A stretch of DNA of 64,000 nucleotides, from the NCBI GenBank assembly GCA_002269645.1, contig NIVC01000862.1:248001-312000 (forward strand). Direction: 5' to 3'. The notes under the pieces were generated by a model, which ran no database searches, was not told where the DNA came from, and saw only the letters and a program-made list of their open reading frames with translations. This stretch comes from Macrostomum lignano (lineage: Eukaryota). A program made the position numbers and the translations under genes. Of this stretch, positions 50,589 to 61,781 are shown piece after piece. Position 1 is the first letter of the stretch; each line of letters begins with the position of its first letter.

Positions 50589-53500
50589 CTAAGGCAGACA
50601 GGCAGACCGACAGACAGAGAGACAGACAGAGAGACAGAGAGACAGACAGAGACAGACAGAAAGACAGACAGACACTAAGGCAGACAGGCAGACAGAAAGA
50701 CACTAATGCAGACAGACAGACAGACACTAAGGCAGACAGGCAGACAGACAGACACTAAGGCAGACAGACAGACAGACAGACACTAAGGCAGACAGACAGA
50801 CAGACAGACACTTCTGAATCATTGTGCCACAGTGTTCACTGACTTAGACTTTAACAGATTTTTAAATTTTTCAACTGATGCCAGCTGGCATTCTGGTTTT
50901 AGTTTTGGGCTCATAAGACCATAGTAGTTAGCATGACCCAGGTCATAGTGGTTAGCATGATTCAGGTCATAGTGCTAGCATGACTCAGGTCATAGTGGTT
51001 AGCATGACTCAGGTCATAGTGGTTAGCATGACTCAGGTCATAGTGGTTAGCATGACTCAGGTCATAGTGGTTAGCATGACTCAGGTCATAGTGGTTAGCA
51101 TGACTCAGGTCATAGTGGTTAGCATGACTCAGGTCATAGTGGTTAGCATGACTCAGGTCATAGTGGTTAGCATGACTCAGGTCATAGTGGTTAGCATGAC
51201 TCAGGTCATAGTGGTTAACATGACACCAGGTCATTGATGCCAGCTGGCATTCTGGTTCTCAATTCAAAAAACGCCTGAAAATGTCACCGATTCTAGTCGC
51301 GGGTTTCGCCCAGACTCTCTCGATTATCTAAGAGTATCGCGGACTCTCCTCTCCGCCCAGGTGCTGGAGTCTCTACTCCGCTCTGGGGTTGATCCGTTTC
51401 CCAGCGACCGACTTGGCAAGCTGCCAGTTCATCACGCGGCCTCAAACGGTTCAGTATTCAGCCTGCTGTACCTGGAGCAGTGCCTGTCGGGCCAGAAGTC
51501 CCAGACGCCCTTGTTTGAGACGCAAGACTACGCTGGCAGGACTCCGTTACACTACGCTGTACAGCACGATCACGATCAGGCTATTGAAGCTCTTCTTCGT
51601 CAACGACGCTGCTGTCCATTGATTGCCGACCAGTCTGGCGACACGCCGTTACACCTGGCCGCCAGACTGGGCAGAGCTCATCACTGCTACCTGCTGTTGC
51701 TAGGCGAGCCCGGCTCTAATTGGGCTCAGAAATTATTATTTGCAACTAATAAAGCTGGCAGGACTGCTTTGGACGAGACGGCTGTTGCTGCTGCTTCGGC
51801 TTCTTCTGCTAGAACTTCGACTACTGCTATTGCTTTAACAGAGACCGTTGATCCGCATCGGTTAGAAGCGACTAGAAGCTTTCTGAATGCGATGCGATTG
51901 GCTGGCACTCCGGCTAGGATGAGATGTATGACTCTGTTGATGTTTATGATCTTGCTCATAAATCATTAGGGTTGCTATTGGGTAGCCTATTGTAGGCAGC
52001 TCGACTTTGCTCGTAGGGATTAACATGGCCTAGTTCATTCAGGCTAGTATATTACTTAGGTCATATAAGTTAGCATGACCCAGCTCATAGTGACTAGCAT
52101 GACCCAGCTAATAGTGACTAGCAAGACCCAGCTCATAGTGACTAGCATGACCCAGCTCAAAGTGACTAGCATGACCCAGCTAATAGTGACTAGCAAGACC
52201 CAGCTCATAGTGACTAGCAGGACCCAGCTCAAAGTGACTAGCATGACCCAGCTCATAGTGACTAGCATGACCCAGCTCATAGTGGTTAGCATGACCCAGC
52301 TCATAGTGACTAGCATGACCCCGCTCATAAAGGTTAGCATGACCCAACTCATAGAAGGTTAGCATTGCGCTCAGATTAAACCTGCCACAACAATGGCTCC
52401 AGACAAAGCAGCTAATCCTTATTACGACAATCTTTGCCCGAAATTGCAGTGCTACTCCGCTCTCTGTGGCTGCTAATCCTGATCGCCCCATTCTCAATAT
52501 TCGGAATTGCCGTGCTGCTGTCTCAGTGCTGCCTACCGTCAGTCTATGCCCCTTACCTGCTCACCTGCGGCACTGTGTGCAGCGTGCTGTTCACGCGCAG
52601 CCAGGGACACAGAATGGACACTGCGGCTAAACAGCCAAATCCCGCTTATTTCGGCTCATTTTTTGGCGGATTCGCGCACACCATGATCTGCTATTTTGCT
52701 AAGTGCGTCTGGAGACACGATATACAATACGATGCCAGTGCCACCTGGTTGCACTATTCCGCTCTGCTTTGCTTACCGGTAAGACTTTGTTCGAATTGTA
52801 AAGACTGTTTAAGCTTTTCTGAAAGTTTATAAAGTATTTATAAAGTTTTATGAGATTCTGTGAGGTTTTTCTGAGATTTAATGAGATTCTGTGAGATTTA
52901 ATGAGATTATGTGCGATTTAATGAGATTTAATAAGATTCTGTAAGATTTTTGAGATTTGATGAGATTCTGTGAAATTTAATGAGATTATGTGAGATTTAA
53001 TAAGATTCTGTGAGATTTTTTAGATTTGATGAGATTCTGTGAGATTCAATGAGATTCTGTGAGATTTGATGAGATTCAATGAGATTCTGTGAGATTTGAT
53101 GAGATTCTGTGAAATTTAATGAGATTATGTGAGATTTAATAAGATTCTGTGAGATTTTTTAGATTTGATGAGATTCTGTGAGATTCAATGAGATTCTGTG
53201 AGATTTGATGAGATTCAATGAGATTCTGTGAGATTTGATGAGATTCTGTGAAATTTAATGAGATTATGTGAGATTTAATAAGATTCTGTGAGATTTTTTA
53301 GATTTGATGAGATTCTGTGAGATTCAATGAGATTCTGTGAGATTTAATGAGATTCTGTGAGATTTTTTGAGATTTAAGAAGATTTTTTGAGATTCTTTGA
53401 AATTTTTGAGATTCTATTAGATTTTTTTGATTGATGTAATTATGTAAGATTTAATAAAGTACTGTGGGATTCTTCGAGATTTTTTGAGATTCTGTGAAAT

Positions 53501-54472
53501 TCTTTTAAGATTTTGTGAGATGCTGAAATTCTGAAAAAGCATGTTTTAAACTTGACAGTTTTAGATTCCAAAGTTTTTAAGGGGCTAATGTTGAGAAATT
53601 TTTTTATAATCATATCCCGTTAAATGTTTTGTAAGATTTCTAAGATGTTTTGGGTCTATGCTCTTTCAAACCAGCCTGATGGTTGTAAGCTTTTAGGCGA
53701 CTTTCTTAATGTATATTTTTCTTTTCATATTACTTGAATGCTACTGAGTAGCATGAAACGCACATTTTATTATTCAACCAGTTTTTCCTAAATCCAACAG
53801 CTATTCTGTATAATTTACGCCGCCCTACTCCGAGGCGATCCTGGCTGGGCCACGGCAAGCAACGAGACCACCCTGCTGCGGCCGGACGGCCGGCCAACCA
53901 CCCTGGTTGATCTGGTCCGCGAGCGGCGAGCTCTGGCCGACAGCTACTGTTCGACATGCGAGCGTTGCTTATCTACCGAGCGGACCAAGCACTGCCGACT
54001 GTGCAACAGATGCGTACTGGACTTGGATCATCACTGCCTGTTTCTAATGAAATGTGTGGCTAAAAATAATCTCAGGCTGTTTGCCTGCTTCATGCTGTTG
54101 GCCTGGTACGGCGTAACAGCGTTTCTGGTGTCCAGCTTCAGACTGTACAGCCATCTGTACGGCCCTCTGCCCGCTGTCACAGATGACGGCTTCTTTGGCG
54201 CTCACGCCAGCAATCTGGCTAGCTGGTATTTTCAAGAGCCCTGGCTGTTCCACTCTGTGCTATTGAATGCCGGATCGTGGGTGTTCGGCGCGTACATGAA
54301 CTATTATAATCTGACCAACCTGTCTATGGGCCAGACCTACTTCTTCCGAATTCAACGTCAGGTTGGCCTGCTAGGCCGGATTAAAAATCTTTATCACTTC
54401 TTTACTACTGGGCGAGTGTTTGCTAGCGATGATTTCGCTGTGCCGTATAGTAGGGCGACAGATCTGTTGTAG
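50011..54472 (+). CDS. Ankyrin-repeat DHHC palmitoyltransferase (Akr1/ZDHHC13/17-like architecture), about 640 aa
   Basis: Exons 50011-50367, 51361-51925, 52450-52778, 53801-54472 (GT-AG, 1923 nt; exon 2 donor and exon 3 acceptor are my best-fit choice). Ankyrin repeats (GLTPLHRAC, GETPMHCAA, GRTPLHYA, GDTPLHLAA), TM segments, DPG, Cys-rich domain CSTC...HCRLCNRCVLDLDHHC...CVAKNN. Confidence 0.9.
50446..50810. repeat. (GACA)n microsatellite with CACTAAGG interruptions, DHHC intron 1
   Basis: Visible array. Confidence 0.95.
50915..51232. repeat. 24-bp minisatellite (GGTCATAGTGGTTAGCATGACTCA)n, DHHC intron 1
   Basis: Visible unit, about 13 copies. Confidence 0.95.
52060..52365. repeat. 24-bp minisatellite (GCTCATAGTGACTAGCATGACCCA)n, DHHC intron 2
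   Basis: Visible unit, about 12 copies. Confidence 0.95.
52850..53520. repeat. About 10-bp repeat (GAGATTCTGT/GAGATTTAAT) with higher-order blocks, DHHC intron 3
   Basis: Visible unit. Confidence 0.92.
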
Positions 54473-55559
54473 GCTGACTACCGATATGTATTGTTTTATA
54501 ATAACTCTGTAATGATTGTTAATGTAGATGTACATATGAATAGGTAAGATGTCGTCAATGCATTTGGCAGCGATAACCGGCAGTCTATAGCGAAATTTTA
54601 GATGTATCTTCTTACTAAATCAATAAAAAGTTTTAAATTTCTACTACCGATATGTGGAGTAAATAACTTTATAAAGGGTAAATTTTCAATAGCGATAAAA
54701 AATACATGTACTCATAATCCTAATCGATTTGAAGTAATAGCGAATGTTTATAGTTTCTAAATAGCTGGGAAACTATTATTTAGTAGAGCTGCACCGATAT
54801 GTAGCGTAAATAACTTTGTATTTCTATCATTCGTAGAAACCGTGATTTAAAATAGCCTATAACGATATTTATATTACTTTTTATAGTACTATCAACGGAA
54901 AGAGTAATGGAAAATTACTGCCAATCACTTGCTTATTACTTGAAATCGTGATACGCCCGATCTGCCGATATGTTGCGTATAAAACAATATACAATAAAAG
55001 CATATTACCCACAAAATGACTTTAATAGGTAAGGCGGAGTTTGTTAGTTAAATTACATATTAACTACATTTTCTAATTTTATGTTGCTGAGTGACTTTTA
55101 TTGCCTGTTAAAATTTATGTTTCAAAATATGCGCTTCTTTTTATAAATGTTGTTATAAATCTCTTCAACTTCGCTGTAGTTCTCTATGCGAACAAGCTGA
55201 GATCAGGTTTTCACGCACATACTCGCTAGTTTGTCTTTCCTAATTAGTTCTTTTAGCTGTGTCTGTTAGCTTCGCACTACGCCCGGTTTTGTCGCTACTC
55301 ATAATCTCCTACTTACTACCAATAGTAGCGTTTGTTTAAATATGTGCGATTTGTTTTATCGTTTTATTTATTTGTATACAACAGGCAGTATGTTTGAATG
55401 AGTTTAATTGTCAGATTCTTAAATGCTATTTTAAAATATAAATCAGCATATCTACTACTATTAGTAAGCGTTGCGCTACAGATCCGTACTTTATTTCTTT
55501 AAAGTTTACTTACAAGTATCTCATAGCTACCAGTCTATAGTAATTTTAGTTGTTTCGTG

Positions 55560-55622
55560 TATCTATCTATCTATCTATCTATCTATCTTATTTATCTATC
55601 TATCTATCAATCTATCAATCTG

Positions 55623-55654
<32 letters not shown>

Positions 55655-55687
55655 ATTTATCTATCTATCTATCAATCTATCAATCTG

Positions 55688-55747
<60 letters not shown>

Positions 55748-55771
55748 ATTTATCTATCTATCAATCTATCA

Positions 55772-55820
<49 letters not shown>

Positions 55821-55857
55821 ATTTATCTATCTATCTATCAATCTATCAATCTGTCTG

Positions 55858-55917
<60 letters not shown>

Positions 55918-55920
55918 ATA

Positions 55921-55958
<38 letters not shown>

Positions 55959-56014
55959 ATTTATCTATCTATCTATCTATCTATCTTATTAATCTATCTA
56001 TCTATCTGTCTATA

Positions 56015-56052
<38 letters not shown>

Positions 56053-56054
56053 AT

Positions 56055-56089
<35 letters not shown>

Positions 56090-56145
56090 ATTTATCTATC
56101 TATCTATCTATCTATCTTATTAATCTATCTATCTATCTGTCTATA

Positions 56146-56179
<34 letters not shown>

Positions 56180-56181
56180 AT

Positions 56182-56220
<39 letters not shown>

Positions 56221-56222
56221 AT

Positions 56223-56258
<36 letters not shown>

Positions 56259-56298
56259 TTGTCTATTTGTCTATTTATCTATGTGTCTGTCTATCTAT
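55560..56298. repeat. Interrupted (TATC)n microsatellite upstream of the nuclear receptor
   Basis: Visible array. Confidence 0.96.
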
Positions 56299-56524
56299 CC
56301 AGGTGCCTCTTCCTAAATCTTAATTTGATGCGTCGTTTTGTGTAATTAATCTTGATCAGCTGGTTGGTTTCATGTTCAGTTTATTTTTTTCATTTTTGGT
56401 TTCAATTGTTAAAATTTATGACTTTGTCTGCAATGCCCAGCACATGGTCAGGACTCGCTCCTAGCCGCAGCCTCAACTGACTGACCTCAGTCTCATATCT
56501 CTCATATTGCAATCCATATCCAGC

Positions 56525-57489
56525 ATGACAGATTCAACCTCATCGTCAATCTCACTGTCCATTCCCACCGTCATGACGGCCCAGACGTCCGAGGACTCGT
56601 CGCAAATCGCTCCGGCTTTGAAGATTCGTCGAACTACCAATGTTGACAGCGTCAATAACGGCACCAACGGCAAAGTGTGCACTATCTGCGGAGATAAAGC
56701 TCTTGGCTATAACTTTGATGCTATTAGTTGCGAATCTTGCAAAGCTTTCTTTCGGCGAAATGCTCTTAAAGCTGAGGTGAGCTAGCTGTTATTTACACCT
56801 CTGATCAACTCTAATGTACGCTTTATCTGACCAGCCCCCCCCCTCACCCACCACCCCAATGTACGCTTCCTCTTACCAGCCCTCTCTCACCCACCACCCC
56901 AATGTACGCTTCCTCAGACCACCCCCTTCACTCACCACCCCAATGTTCGCTTCCTCTGACTAGCCCCCTCACCCACCACCCCAATGTACGCTTCCTCTGA
57001 CTGGCCCCTCACCCACCACCCCAATGTACGCTTCGCCTGACGAGCCCCCTCACCCTCCACCCCAATGTACCCTTCCTCTGACCACCCCCCTCACCCACCA
57101 CCCTAATGCACGCTTCCTCTTGCCACCAGCTCAGTCATTCCAACCTCGGCCCCACCTCGCTTCAGATTCCGGACTGCATGTTTTCACAGCGCTGCAACGT
57201 CACAGTTGCTACAAGACGATTTTGCACCAGCTGCCGATTGAAAAAATGCCTCGAATGTGGCATGAGACCTGAGCTTGTTAATGGTATGTGAAGCTTATAT
57301 TTCATTGTGGAATAGCTTAATTGGTTACTATATTGAGTGGATAAACAGACTAGTAAGTAGTTTACGTAGATAGATAGACTGATAGATAGATGGATAAATT
57401 GATAGATTGATAGATAGGTAGATAGATAGATAGATAGATGATAGTTTGATAGATAAATTGATAGATTGATAGATAGGTAGATAGATAGG

Positions 57490-57544
<55 letters not shown>

Positions 57545-57643
57545 ATAGATAAATATATAGATAAATAGATAGGTAGATAGATAGATAGATAAATAGATAA
57601 ATAGATAGGTAGGTAGGTAGACAGGTAGGTAGATAGATAGGTC

Positions 57644-57706
<63 letters not shown>

Positions 57707-57741
57707 GAGGTAGATAGATAGATAGATAGATAGATAGATAC

Positions 57742-57773
<32 letters not shown>

Positions 57774-57778
57774 GTAGG

Positions 57779-57809
<31 letters not shown>

Positions 57810-57867
57810 GTAGATAGGTAGATAGATAGATAGATAGATAGGTCAGATGGATAGATAGATAGGTAGG

Positions 57868-57902
<35 letters not shown>

Positions 57903-57959
57903 GTAGGTAGGTAGATAGATAGATAGATAGGTAGGTAGATAGATAGATAGATAGATAGG

Positions 57960-57990
<31 letters not shown>

Positions 57991-58317
57991 TAGATAGCGA
58001 GAAAGAGCGAGCGAAGCGAGCTCTTTCGAGCTTGCTTGCCGCAGCCAATCAAGCTGAAAGCACGCACACAAGATCACCGGAAACGATTAAGGCAGCTGGA
58101 AAGCCAATGGGCGCGGTAAGCGCTTTTATCCAGAGGAACTACCTGCTGGAACCAGCTATGCCGAACGAAAATCAGACTACTCAAGTAGTGCAAAAGAGTA
58201 CGTGCAACTACCGAGAAATCTAATTTTCGTAACCGCTCCGGTGCAGGTCCTGGCTATAGATAGTAGATAGCGAGAAAGAGCGAGCGAAGCGAAGAGATAG
58301 ATAGATAGATAGATAGG

Positions 58318-58396
<79 letters not shown>

Positions 58397-58477
58397 TTAG
58401 ATAGGTAGATAGATAGATAGGTAGGTAGATAGATAGATAGATAGATAGGTAGGTAGATAGATAGATAGATAGATAGG

Positions 58478-58512
<35 letters not shown>

Positions 58513-59023
58513 TTAGATAGGTAGATAGATAGATAGATAGATAGATGCATCGCTAAATTTCTTTTTTTCAGCCGACGAATTGAGAGGTCGAAAATCTCTT
58601 CTACGACGTCGAATCGACCTGCCGGACGATACTTCTACGCTGAAATCGTCGCCTTTATCGTCGGTTACCAAGCCGCTAGTGTCCCTAGCAACTGGCCCGC
58701 CGTTAAAACTTGAAGCGTCAGAAGCGGATGACCTACTGGCAGATTCGTCTTCTTCACCTGCTGACCATCCGCAGCAGCTGCCGCAGCCGCCTCTGTCGTT
58801 GCCAAATTTTGCCAACTCTGTTAGTTCGAATTCCCTGCACGGCCAGGTTGAGTCAATGCACATGCGGGTTGGCAGGCAGCCAGTTATTGCCAGCGCTCCG
58901 CCCCTGCACAATCCCGACCAGTTGCTCGTCCTTAGCGCCGGATCCGACGCCTCCCTGACGGTGCCTGGGGGCCGGCGCTGCCTCAGCCACGAACAGTGGC
59001 TCGCTGTGGCCGACTTGAAACAG
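56525..59023 (+). CDS. HR96: Nuclear hormone receptor, NR1J/HR96 (DAF-12/NHR-8-like) group, 5' part only
   Basis: Exons 56525-56776, 57166-57283, 58572-59023 (GT-AG, in frame). [32 protein letters not shown] with ESCKA P-box, second finger CMFSQRC...[17 protein letters not shown]. Remaining LBD exons not found in the window; start codon inferred. Confidence 0.85.
56813..57128. repeat. About 41-bp C-rich minisatellite (AATGTACGCTTCCTCTGACCAGCCCCCTCACCCACCACCCC)n in receptor intron 1
   Basis: Visible unit, 7-8 copies. Confidence 0.9.
57365..58546 (-). repeat. (GATA)n arrays enclosing a roughly 300-bp non-repetitive insert (57991-58295) in receptor intron 2
   Basis: 57991-58087 is the reverse complement of the core at 17917-17996; the terminal about 35 bp is repeated at 58257-58295. 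Confidence 0.9.
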
Positions 59024-59349
59024 GTGGGTGACTGACTGACTGACTTACTGACTTAGCCACTCATGAAAAAACTTAGTAGATAAACTCAAGTTACCTTAGC
59101 CAATTCTGTGCAGCTAAAGCTTCTTGTTTGCAACTAGTTGACAAATCGGCCTTTATAAACGTGATTGGTTCACTTTTTTAGCCTGGTATCAGATTCTTCT
59201 GTTATCATGCAATTTAAGTTTATTACCTATCAACTGGTTGAATTCTCTCTGAAGATGAGCGTGAGGGATCCGTCCAATCACTCAAGTACATCAAGTCCTT
59301 TTCCACAGAATACGCACAGAATGTTTAATAATGGTTCTTTCTACAAAAA

Positions 59350-60240
59350 GAATTAAAATTCGCACAGCCTACTTATGTTTTCAATTTTCTCAGTAGTGCG
59401 AGAGCTGGTACTACTTTGCCTATTGCCAACGAATTGACGACTGCATTTGCCGCTTCCTATTTGCTTTGAGCAATTCTCCTTTGGTTCTTGCACCAATGAT
59501 GCAATCGCAGTCGCATAAAAAGCCAAGCTAAACAATCGGTCTGCTTGTATTTTAACCTAATTAACAGCCTATGGGTTCTGTCGTTGCTGTCGCTGCAAAT
59601 CAGCTGCTGGTGACAGTAACGATTTAACTTCAATAGTCTCAGCAGCAGCCAGCTTCTCATCCTCCACCTTATCGCTTCTTTGCATCTCTTGCTCCTCATC
59701 ATCGTGTCCCGCTGCAGCAGCAACTTCACTCAGCACAAGCTCAGTCTTCTCAGCAGAAAAATCAAGCAGCAAGCAACTCAGCAGCAGATTATGCCATTGT
59801 CATCCGCGCAGTTCTTCTGGTTCAAGCTGCTGCCAAGGCCGCCTCACCGGTTGACAAAATTAGGAAAATTCAAGTTTCTTGTAATTCCTCTTGTCTTAAT
59901 CTTGCAATTAAAGTGCAACGAATTTCGAAGCAGGGTGCTCTTAGTAATAATGCAAAAATGTAAATTTGGAATCTTGAACACCGCGGAAGCCTTCTAGCTT
60001 AATTGAAGGATTTGGCTCAAGTGTACTAGAAGTGGTGCTTCAAGTGTACTGGAAGTGGCAGCTCCTGTAATAATGACATCGGGTTGATCAGGATACTGTG
60101 GATTCCACTCAGATGAGCTAGGGCAGTTGCTAGCTCCAAGGGACACATTTGAAGATGGGTCAGCATGATCAGACTCTGAGCTAGAGCTGGAGCTTATATT
60201 ACTGCTTGTATGAGCGCTTGTAGCTCATCTGAAATAATGT
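59350..60240 (-). pseudogene. Unidentified decayed coding sequence
   Basis: Minus-strand frame KLEGFRGVQDSKFTFLHYY*EHPASKFVAL*LQD*DKRNYKKLEFS*FCQPVRRPWQQLEPEELRG*QWHNLLL...acidic stretch looks protein-like but has several stops and a frameshift; family not recognised. Confidence 0.3.
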
Positions 60241-60364
60241 TTGGCAGTAAAATAGTTTGACCGCATATTTTGAAACCTAAAAATGAAACTAGCTATAAAT
60301 TATACAAACACTAGAATGAATATTTTGCTACATTTTTTAGTTTTAACCCCTAGAAAACCAATGG

Positions 60365-61196
60365 ACAGCGTGGCTGACCATCAGCACTTTTTACCAGTCC
60401 GATAGTCTATGGTCATGACAGTTAAGCGTGGCCTGCACTGGCAACACTGCGTGAAAATCCGAATGAACAGCGTGGCTGACCATCAGCACTTTTTACCAGT
60501 CCGATAGTCTATGGTCATGACAGTTAAGCGTGGCCTGCACTGGCAACACTGCGTGAAAATCCGAATGAACAGCGTGGCTGACCATCAGCACTTTTTACCA
60601 GTCCGATAGTCTATGGTCATGACAGTTAAGCGTGGCCTGCACTGGCAACACTGCGTGAAAATCCGAATGAACAGCGTGGCTGACTATCAGCACTTTTTAC
60701 CAGTCCGATAGTCTATGGTCATGACAGTTAAGCGTGGCCTGCACTGGCAACACTGCGTGAAAATCCGAATGAACAGCGTGGCTGACCATCAGCACTTTTT
60801 ACCAGTCCGATAGTCTATGGTCATGACAGTTAAGCGTGGCCTGCACTGGCAACACTGCGTGAAAATCCGAATGAACAGCGTGGCTGACCATCAGCACTTT
60901 TTACCAGTCCGATAGTCTATGGTCATGACAGTTAAGCGTGGCCTGCACTGGCAACACTGCGTGAAAATCCGAATGAACAGCGTGGCTGACCATCAGCACT
61001 TTTTACCAGTCCGATAGTCTATGGTCATGACAGTTAAGCGTGGCCTGCACTGGCAACACTGCGTGAAAATCCGAATGAACAGCGTGGCTGACCATCAGCA
61101 CTTTTTACCAGTCCGATAGTCTATGGTTATGACAGTTAAGCGTGGCCTGCACTGGCAACGCTGCGTGAAAATCCGAATGAACAGCGTGGCTGACCA
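60365..61196. repeat. 102-bp tandem array, 8 full near-identical copies plus a partial
   Basis: CGTGGCTGAC recurs at 60369, 60471, 60573 ... 61185. Confidence 0.97.
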
Positions 61197-61781
61197 TTGA
61201 GTTTAGAGTGAATGAGATCAACAGAAAAATTGTAGAACGTTTTATTTGAATCTCAATCTCAAAACAGGCATGAATATTTTTATAATAATCAAGAGTTATC
61301 ATTACATGTAAATACAAAAAATGCGGCTAAAATTCACTTTATAAATTTCCTTACGAACAATAATTACGCATGGAGCCATTTTTTGCGTATAATTTACAGT
61401 CTGAATTTCGAATGGGGATAATATTTTATGGTTGTTTTAGTATGAGCGCATTTGAAAAGGCCATTCAAAGAAGGAATATATATTAAACTTTGGTTAATAA
61501 ACCATTACACAGTTTTCTTCTATTCCGACTAAAAATGTAAGCCACATAGCTGAGTCACATGGACGTGCAAAGTTTTATGTTTCTAGGATCTATTGGGCAC
61601 TCAGCTCATTTAATATGGCTTTCCAAGAGAATTCTGATAAGCTCGTAAACATAATGTTACATGCAGACTATTTTTCAGCATACTAAAATAGAAGCCTACC
61701 AATCAATTCTACCAAAAAATATAAAAAAAACATAAAACCCCAGTTCTAAAAAGTCATCCGTGCTGCAGATCATTGAATTGC

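Noticed and set aside
55471-58550. LSIY/TDRQ/VCLS-type ORFs here and at 14313-14804, 17608-17952, 50395-50758
   Set aside because: Translations of tetranucleotide microsatellites.
60365-61196. CRISPR-like appearance of the 102-bp array (also the 28-, 45- and 24-bp arrays)
   Set aside because: Units are head-to-tail with no unique spacers, there are no cas genes, and the context is eukaryotic.
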